Below are positions 57,558-64,000 of a stretch of 64,000 bases of DNA, piece after piece. The notes under the pieces were generated by a model. The model was not told where the DNA came from and searched no databases. It saw only the letters and a program-made list of their open reading frames with translations. The stretch is from Gammaproteobacteria bacterium. GTDB lineage: Bacteria > Pseudomonadota > Gammaproteobacteria > UBA4575. Positions within the stretch are counted from its first letter, which is position 1; each line of letters opens with the position of its first letter. The translations under genes and the position numbers were made by a program. The stretch lies in assembly GCA_965220895.1 (NCBI GenBank), contig OZ244850.1, positions 165,656 through 229,655 of the forward strand. Reading direction: 5' to 3'.

Positions 57558-57706
57558 TTTTAATTCTTGGCATCGGATACTACCTGATTAGCGGGCCATA
57601 TTGAATATCCCTTGAAATAATGTCAATAATTACAATCAGTTAAGGGTTTCATGCCGGCCCGCCAGCCTCCCTGCGGGCAGGAACCCATGGAAATTACAAA
57701 AGACCA

Positions 57707-58783
57707 ATGGCCAATCCATCTCCAGACAAGCCTGAAATGAGCGGCGCCTGGCAAGAGTTCCTGAAGGCACACGATGCCGTAATGGAGAATGGCCGGGCAG
57801 TCTCCTTCGGCCCTTCGGCACCGCCCTACCCCGGTATACAGGATACCTGCGTGTGCGAGCTTACTCCCTTGGGCCTGATTCGGGTCACGGGCGAGGAAGC
57901 CCGAACTTTCCTGCACAGCCAGTTCACCAATGACCTGGAGCTCGTCACGGCACAGACCGGTCAGTTGAGCAGCTACTGCAATCCCAAGGGCAGGCTATTG
58001 TCCATCTTCCAGATTTACCAGCGTGACGGGGACTATTTCCTGGTCCTGCCCAAAGACGTCATCGAGGTCACCCTTGGCAAACTTGCGATGTACAAGCTTC
58101 GTGCCAAGGCCGAGCTGTCCGATGTCTCCGATCAATTTGTCTTATTTGGCGCAGCCGGACCCGAGGTGAAACCAGCCTTCGAAAACCTGGGGATTGCGCT
58201 GCCACAAAAAACCTATGGCTGTACCTGGGAAAACGGGATGACCCTAGTTCGCCTGCCAAGCGAGAACAGCAGAATCTTAATTGTGACAGAGGCGGAAACA
58301 GCGGTTTCCCTGGGCGAGCAGTTGACTGAAAAAATGCCACTGGCGACATCCCGCCTTTGGGACCTGCACGACATCTCGTGCGGAATTCCCCGGGTGACTG
58401 CACTGACAAATGAAGCCTTTACCCCGCAAATGACTAACCTGGAACTGGTCGATGGTGTAAGTTTCAGCAAGGGGTGCTACCCGGGTCAGGAAGTGGTAGC
58501 GCGGACGCATTACCTGGGCAAGCCCAACCGGCGCATGTACCAGGCCTGCATTGCCACCGAGCGCTTGCCCGAGCCGGGCACCAATATCTTCTCTGCAGAA
58601 GAAGGTGATCAGCCCCTGGGGAAAGTGGTGGTCTCGCAAATGGTTTCCGCGAAACAAGCCAGCGCACTCATCGTTTTACGCACCCAAAAAGAGGGCGATC
58701 CAGATTTGCGGATTGAATCGGCAGATGGGCCTGCCGTTTCCCTGCAGAAACTGCCCTACTCGTTGCAACCCAGCCCGGACTGA
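57707..58783 (+). CDS. ygfZ: folate-binding Fe-S cluster repair / tRNA-modifying protein YgfZ
   Basis: 358 aa with an aminomethyltransferase-like fold and the signature 'KGCYPGQEVVARTHYLGK'. Confidence 0.82.
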   Translation: MANPSPDKPEMSGAWQEFLKAHDAVMENGRAVSFGPSAPPYPGIQDTCVCELTPLGLIRVTGEEARTFLHSQFTNDLELVTAQTGQLSSYCNPKGRLLSIFQIYQRDGDYFLVLPKDVIEVTLGKLAMYKLRAKAELSDVSDQFVLFGAAGPEVKPAFENLGIALPQKTYGCTWENGMTLVRLPSENSRILIVTEAETAVSLGEQLTEKMPLATSRLWDLHDISCGIPRVTALTNEAFTPQMTNLELVDGVSFSKGCYPGQEVVARTHYLGKPNRRMYQACIATERLPEPGTNIFSAEEGDQPLGKVVVSQMVSAKQASALIVLRTQKEGDPDLRIESADGPAVSLQKLPYSLQPSPD

Positions 58784-58791
58784 TACAGGCC

Positions 58792-60300
58792 TCAGGTGTC
58801 AGTATCCTGGCTGCCTGATTCCGGTCTCATCTGCGGGAACAGGATGACATCGCGGATGCTGCGCGAGTCGGTCAGCAGCATTACCAGGCGATCGACCCCG
58901 ATGCCCTCCCCTGCAGTAGGAGGCAAGCCGTATTCCAGTGCACGGATGTAGTCTTCATCGTAACTCATGGCCTCTGCATCGCCGGATTCCTTCTCCGCAG
59001 TCTGCAGCCTGAAACGCTCAGCCTGATCCTCCGGGTCGTTCAGCTCGGAAAACCCGTTGGCAATTTCCCTGCCGGCGACAAAAAATTCAAAGCGATCGGT
59101 CACGGACGGGTCATCGTCATTTCTTCTAGCCAGTGGAGAGACCTCGGTCGGAAACGCCGTGATGAACGTGGGGTCCCTGAGCTTTCCCTCGACCGTTTTC
59201 TCAAAGATCTCGATCTGTACCTTGCCAAGCTTGTCATCGGGCTTGACCGGCACATCTAGTTGAGCCGCTGCGCTTTTGGCCTTCGCCAGCGTATCGACCC
59301 CGTCAGGCTCCAGTGCTGGATTGAAATGCAGTATCGACTCCTTCACGGTCATGCGCCGGAAAGGCTTGGAGAAATCAATGGCCTCCCCGCCATAGGGTAC
59401 GGACGTGGTACCCAGCACCTCGTGGCAGACCCCGCGCATCATCTCCTCGGTCAGTTCCATCAGGTCATGAAAATCGGAATACGCCTGGTAGAATTCCAGC
59501 ATGGTGAACTCCGGGTTGTGCTGCGTGGACAAGCCTTCGTTGCGAAAATTGCGGTTGATCTCAAATACCCGCTCCACGCCGCCAATGACAAGGCGCTTCA
59601 GGTACAGCTCAGGCGCAACACGCATGTACAGCGGCCTTCCCAGTGCATTGTGATAGGTCTCGAACGGGCGGGCAGTCGCACCACCGGCGATGGCCTGCAT
59701 CATGGGAGTTTCAACTTCGACGAAATCCCGCGCGGTCAGGAACTTTCGCAGGCTGCGGATGATGGCGGTACGCTTCTGCAGGACCCTGCGCGAGTCCTCG
59801 TTCATGATCAGGTCCACGTAGCGACGCCGGTAGCGCTGTTCCTGGTCGGTGAGTCCGTGAAATTTTTCAGGCAGCGGGCGCAGGGACTTGGTCAGCAGGA
59901 CGGCGGACTGGATCTTGATATACAGGTCCCCCTTGCCGGACTTGTGAACCGGGCCTGTGACCCCCACGATATCCCCGGTATCCCATGCATCGACCTCCCC
60001 AGCAAGCGATTCGAGGGAGTTCTTGCGATCCAGGTAGGCCTGTATGCGACCGCTTGTGTCCTGCAGCACCAGAAAGGAACTTCGCTTCGCCATGATGCGG
60101 GCACCAACGGACACACACCGGTTCAACTCAACGAGCTCATCCTTGGACTTGCCGGAAAGCGCATCCTGCAGTTCCTGGGCCAGTGCATCCCTTCGAAAAT
60201 CGTTCGGGAAGGCTGGACCCTTTTTCCTGATCGCATCCAGCTTGGCCCGGCGTTGCGCAATCAGCCGGTTTTCATCGGACATCGGGTCTTTTTCGGACAT
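58792..60300 (-). CDS. lysS: lysine--tRNA ligase (class II)
   Basis: The start was moved to ATG 60300, 4 nt after the prfB stop. Contains 'FVEVETPMM', 'RNEG' and '[11 protein letters not shown]'. Confidence 0.92.
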   Translation of the reverse strand: MSEKDPMSDENRLIAQRRAKLDAIRKKGPAFPNDFRRDALAQELQDALSGKSKDELVELNRCVSVGARIMAKRSSFLVLQDTSGRIQAYLDRKNSLESLAGEVDAWDTGDIVGVTGPVHKSGKGDLYIKIQSAVLLTKSLRPLPEKFHGLTDQEQRYRRRYVDLIMNEDSRRVLQKRTAIIRSLRKFLTARDFVEVETPMMQAIAGGATARPFETYHNALGRPLYMRVAPELYLKRLVIGGVERVFEINRNFRNEGLSTQHNPEFTMLEFYQAYSDFHDLMELTEEMMRGVCHEVLGTTSVPYGGEAIDFSKPFRRMTVKESILHFNPALEPDGVDTLAKAKSAAAQLDVPVKPDDKLGKVQIEIFEKTVEGKLRDPTFITAFPTEVSPLARRNDDDPSVTDRFEFFVAGREIANGFSELNDPEDQAERFRLQTAEKESGDAEAMSYDEDYIRALEYGLPPTAGEGIGVDRLVMLLTDSRSIRDVILFPQMRPESGSQDTDT

Positions 60301-60304
60301 GCGT

Positions 60305-61400
60305 CTAGAACCCGCCCTTGAGGCTCGCCTCGATGAAGGCATCGAGATTGCCGTCCAGCACGGCCTGGGTGTTGCCAGTTTCGACGGAGGTGCGCAGGTC
60401 CTTGATGCGTGACTGGTCGAGCACGTAGGAACGAATCTGGCTGCCCCACCCGATATCGGCCTTGCTGTCTTCCAGGGCCTGCTTTTCGCTGTCGCGCTTC
60501 TTCACTTCCATCTCAAACAGCTTGGCGCGCAGCTGCTTCATGGCGGTGTCCTTGTTACGGTGCTTGGAACGGTCATTTTGACACTGCGTGACCACCCCGG
60601 TGGGCAGGTGCGTGATGCGTACGGCGGACTCGGTCTTGTTGACGTGCTGGCCCCCCGCACCACTGGCACGATACACATCGATTCGCAGGTCGGCAGGATT
60701 GATTTCAATATCGATATCCTCGTTCACTTCGGGAGAAACAAATACGGCGGCAAAGGAGGTGTGTCTTCGGTTACCTGAGTCAAACGGCGACTTGCGCACC
60801 AGACGGTGTACACCGGTTTCCGTGCGCAGCCACCCGAAGGCATACTCACCCCCGAACCGGACGGTTGCACTCTTGATGCCTGCTACCTCGCCAGGCGAAA
60901 CCTCAATCAGTTCGGTTGCAAACTCCTTGCGCTCTCCCCAGCGAAGGTACATCCGCAACAGCATCTCGGCCCAGTCCTGGGCTTCCGTACCCCCGGAGCC
61001 GGACTGTATGTCGAGAAATGCGTCGCTGGCGTCCATTTCACCCGAGAACATCCGGCTGAACTCAAGCTTGGCGATACTGGATTCCAGCTCCGACAGATCC
61101 TCCTCGACGGCCTGGATGGCGTCCTGGTCCCCCTCGTCGATTGCCAGCTCCAGTAGACTTCCTGCATCCGCGATGCCCGTTTCCACGCGCTCAATGGTTT
61201 GCACGACGGTCTCGAGTTCTGCCCGTTGCTTGCCGAGTTTTTGCACCACCTCGGGCTGGTTCCAGACGTCCGGGCTCTCTAGCTCTCGGTTGAGTTCATG
61301 CAGGCGTTCGCTTTTGCCCTCGTAGTCAAAGATACCCCCTGAGATGAACAGCGCGTGCCCGCAGGTCCCCGATCAGGTTTTGTAGTGCATTGGTTTCCAT
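60305..61400 (-). CDS. prfB: peptide chain release factor 2, requiring a programmed +1 frameshift at 61326-61331
   Basis: ORF0 is '[24 protein letters not shown]'. The +1 frame continues '[34 protein letters not shown]...'. The SPF ('[13 protein letters not shown]') and GGQ ('[10 protein letters not shown]') motifs are present. Confidence 0.92.
61325..61340 (-). promoter_or_regulatory. RF2 autoregulatory +1 frameshift site: AGGGGG TAT CTT TGA C
   Basis: Read directly on the minus strand. It has an internal SD-like AGGGGG, a 3-nt spacer, the slippery CTT, and an in-frame TGA followed by C. Confidence 0.9.
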
Positions 61401-61630
61401 CGTGGTTACCCGGGTGAATTCAGGGAACGTATGATAGCGTATTCGGGTATCCAGAAGTAGGCACAGCATCGGCTCAGTACCTATGGCGCGGCGGCAAGCC
61501 AATGCCCTGTGCAAGTCTCACCTTCACCCAGACCGGTGCCCCGGCGTAGATCGTCCAAGTCAATCGTTGCAGGTGATATATACTTGACTGCGGCAATCCC
61601 CAAGGATTGCCTGATGCGTACACCACGGGC

Positions 61631-63055
61631 ATGAGCGAGCACATCCTATTCCTGACCGGCAAACTTGCAGAAAAAAGTTTGCGACGTGTGCTGGAATCCG
61701 TGCAACCGACCGACTTCACCTATGAAATACGTCAACTCGGAGTAAGTGTTGCCGCGCTGATGACTACCGGGCTGATCGAAAAACGCCTTACGGATACGGG
61801 TGGGGCTGACCGGATCATCATCCCCGGACGCTGCCGCGGCGAGATTGAGGCTCTTTCCAGGTCCCTGAAAACCGCAGTCGAACGTGGCCCCTCCGAACTC
61901 AAGGATTTACCTGCATACCTTGGACAATCCACAAAAAAAACAGACCTACGCGCTTACAGCGTGCAGATTTTTGCGGAAATTGTGGACGCTCCGAACATGT
62001 CCGTCGAGGAGATTGTAGGGCGGGCACAAACCTATCAACGGGATGGCGCCAACGTCATCGACGTCGGCTGCCTGCCCGGCACCTCTTTCCCGCACCTTGG
62101 CGAGTCCGTACAGGCACTCAAGGCCGAAAATTTCAGGGTCAGTGTTGATTCACTGGAACCCCGGGACCTGGTTACCGGGGCCAACGCAGGTGCGGATTAC
62201 CTGCTGAGCCTGAATGAAAAAACCCTGTGGGTGGCAGAAGAAGTGGACGCGATGCCCATCGTCATCGGCCACCCGCCGAACAACGCCCGGTCCCTGTACC
62301 GGGCGATGCGCACCCTGTCGAGGCAGGGCAAGTCCTTCATCGTAGACTCGATCCTGGATCCGATCCATTTCGGTTTTACGGAATCCATCGTTCGATACCG
62401 CAACCTGCGCAAGCATTTTCCGGATGCTGAGATCATCATGGGCACCGGGAACCTGACCGAGCTCACGCATGCGGATTCGGCCGGCACCAGCGCCCTACTG
62501 GCCGGCATCATGTCGGAACTCGGAATCCAGCACCTGCTGGTCACGGAAGTCAGCGAACACTGTCGGCATGCCGTTCGCGAAGCGGACCTCGCCCGGCGCA
62601 TCATGCATGCCGCGAAAACGGACAATACCCTGCCCAAGGGCTACGACGATGGCCTGATGGGCCTGCACGAACGCGAGCCGTTTCCCTACACGGCCGAGGA
62701 AATCAGGGAATTCGCCGGACAGATCCGGGACCCGAACTACCGGATCCAGCTCAGCGACCAGGGCATTCACACCTACAACCGCGACGGCATGCACACCACC
62801 ACGGATCCCTATGAAGTCTACCCGCACCTGGATGTGGAAGATGACAGCGGCCATGCCTTCTATCTTGGCGTCGAGCATGCCCGCGCCCAGATTGCCTGGC
62901 AGCTTGGCAAAAGATATGAGCAGGATGAAGAGCTGAACTGGGGAGTGGCGACACGAAAAGAAGCCGACGACCTCAGCCGCTACAAGGCCGCGGGCTCAAC
63001 CATGCACACCCGCAAGGCCCGCAAGGCCAAACGCAAGAACAGGGGGAAGCGCTAG
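61631..63055 (+). CDS. dihydropteroate-synthase-like pterin-binding fusion protein (H4MPT biosynthesis-associated)
   Basis: About 475 aa. The central region 'GANVIDVGCLPG...SVDSLEP...YLLSLNE...IMGTGNLTELT' is DHPS-like. The N- and C-terminal extensions resemble those in methylotroph H4MPT clusters. The start is ATG 61631 or TTG 61607. Confidence 0.6.
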   Translation: MSEHILFLTGKLAEKSLRRVLESVQPTDFTYEIRQLGVSVAALMTTGLIEKRLTDTGGADRIIIPGRCRGEIEALSRSLKTAVERGPSELKDLPAYLGQSTKKTDLRAYSVQIFAEIVDAPNMSVEEIVGRAQTYQRDGANVIDVGCLPGTSFPHLGESVQALKAENFRVSVDSLEPRDLVTGANAGADYLLSLNEKTLWVAEEVDAMPIVIGHPPNNARSLYRAMRTLSRQGKSFIVDSILDPIHFGFTESIVRYRNLRKHFPDAEIIMGTGNLTELTHADSAGTSALLAGIMSELGIQHLLVTEVSEHCRHAVREADLARRIMHAAKTDNTLPKGYDDGLMGLHEREPFPYTAEEIREFAGQIRDPNYRIQLSDQGIHTYNRDGMHTTTDPYEVYPHLDVEDDSGHAFYLGVEHARAQIAWQLGKRYEQDEELNWGVATRKEADDLSRYKAAGSTMHTRKARKAKRKNRGKR

Positions 63056-63056
63056 C

Positions 63057-63635
63057 ATGCCGTTCATCAGAGAATGCATCGTCACCACGGTCAAAGAAAA
63101 CGGCGGTGTGCATATCGCTCCCATGGGAATCCATGAAGACGGGGAGGACCTGGTCATCCTGCCCTTCAAGCCGTCCACCACGCTGGACAACCTGGAAAGA
63201 CAGGGCACCGCCACACTCAACTACACGGACGATGTGCGGATCTACGCAGGCTGCCTGACCGGGCGCAGCGACTGGCCCACCTGCCGTACGGAAGTCATCC
63301 CGGGGATGCGCCTTGAGGACAGTCTGGCCCATACGGAGCTGGAAGTGACCACCAAGGCGGACGACCCCGTGCGACCAAGATACACCTGCAAGATCCTGTT
63401 TGAAGCGACCCATGCACCCTTTCACGGCTATAATCGTGCACAGTCGGCCGTCATCGAACTTGCGATCCTCGCCAGCCGGCTGCACATGCTGCCCCAGGCC
63501 AGGGTCCGCCAGGAAATCAGCTACCTGAGAACCTGCGTGGACAAGACTGCGGGTCCACGCGAACTCGAGGCGTGGGACTGGCTGATGACGAAGGTGGACG
63601 ATTTTCAGACATCGAAAAAGGAGAACCGGCAATGA
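63057..63635 (+). CDS. DUF447 family protein (H4MPT-cluster 'orf19'-type)
   Basis: 192 aa. 'IRECIVTTVKENGGVHIAPMGI' is typical of DUF447. It is tightly coupled to both neighbours. Confidence 0.6.
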   Translation: MPFIRECIVTTVKENGGVHIAPMGIHEDGEDLVILPFKPSTTLDNLERQGTATLNYTDDVRIYAGCLTGRSDWPTCRTEVIPGMRLEDSLAHTELEVTTKADDPVRPRYTCKILFEATHAPFHGYNRAQSAVIELAILASRLHMLPQARVRQEISYLRTCVDKTAGPRELEAWDWLMTKVDDFQTSKKENRQ

Positions 63636-64000
63636 CAGGGATGCTTGCAAGCGTACGTGACCTCGAAGAGGCCAATCTGGCCTGCCGGGGAGGCGCCGAT
63701 ATCGTCGACCTGAAGGAGCCGCGCGACGGTGCACTCGGGGCCGTTCCCCTGGACACCATGTACCGCATCGTCGACGAGCTGTGGGAAAAATGCCGGATCA
63801 GTGCCACCACTGGCGACCTGCCCGCCAACCCTGGCGCGATCGAGGACCAGGTCATGAAAACCGCAGAAACCGGGGTCGATTACGTCAAGGTAGGCATGTT
63901 CAGCCAACGCCACATTGAAGACTGCCTGCCGACCCTGGCCTCCTGCTCGCGCATCGGTATCGCGGTCATTGCCGTCTTGTTTGCGGATACCGAATTCGAC
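63632..64000 (+). CDS. (5-formylfuran-3-yl)methyl phosphate synthase-like protein (MfnB/DUF556 family), 5' part; runs off the window
   Basis: Own translation 'MTGMLASVRDLEEANLACRGGADIVDLKEPRDGALGAVP...DYVKVGMF...'. The ATGA overlaps the previous stop. It is not in the ORF track because there is no stop in the window. Confidence 0.6.
   Translation, partial: MTGMLASVRDLEEANLACRGGADIVDLKEPRDGALGAVPLDTMYRIVDELWEKCRISATTGDLPANPGAIEDQVMKTAETGVDYVKVGMFSQRHIEDCLPTLASCSRIGIAVIAVLFADTEFD

Larger units (their letters stand above)
56230..57650 (-). mobile_element. IS200/IS605-family, IS1341-like element carrying only tnpB (boundaries approximate)
   Basis: There are AT-rich flanks at about 56225-56328 and 57535-57650 around a single TnpB ORF, inserted in the sdhC/ygfZ divergent intergenic region. 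No tnpA is present. The exact ends cannot be defined from a single copy. Confidence 0.4.

Noticed and set aside
57618-57654. Candidate sigma-70 promoter for tnpB on the minus strand (TTGACA, 17 nt, then CAATAT).
   Set aside because: The -35 is perfect but the -10 matches only 3/6 positions. In an AT-rich IS end such matches arise by chance. It is not reported as a feature without TSS data.

Overview
This 64-kb window is mostly core chromosome from a moderately GC-rich, Gammaproteobacteria-like genome, densely coded on both strands. I saw no rRNA, tRNA or CRISPR array by eye.

Recognisable core genes:
- ftsK (5' part), trxB and aat.
- ispH plus a long, eukaryote-type squalene synthase.
- thrC-hom-aminotransferase.
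- surE-pcm-yqaA-nlpD.
- fadE, moeA/moaE/moaB and aguA/aguB.
- A complete system-I cytochrome c maturation operon, ccmABCDEFGHI.
- mfd, nagZ, zapE and mdh.
- sdhCDAB-sdhE, ygfZ, lysS and prfB with its +1 frameshift.
- At the 3' edge, three genes typical of tetrahydromethanopterin (H4MPT) cofactor biosynthesis.

The H4MPT genes plus squalene synthase suggest a methylotroph- or methanotroph-like lifestyle. Taxonomy cannot be proven from this sequence.

Accessory or unusual content is limited to:
1. A partner-switching cluster at 10.9-16.9 kb. It encodes two STAS proteins, an RsbW-like kinase and a REC-PP2C phosphatase. These are co-encoded with an orphan periplasmic binding protein and a membrane histidine kinase, and no sigma factor lies nearby.
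2. An IS4-family element with 17-bp inverted repeats and a 9-10 bp target duplication, inserted in that operon's promoter.
3. A G13 homopolymer in the divergent sqs/STAS intergenic region.
4. A solo, apparently intact TnpB (IS605 OrfB/IS1341-like) element directly upstream of sdhC.

I did not find an unambiguous unprecedented system. The partner-switching/PBP-kinase module and the TnpB element are the best candidates for follow-up. Start codons were refined by eye from the ORF track and remain uncertain where stated.
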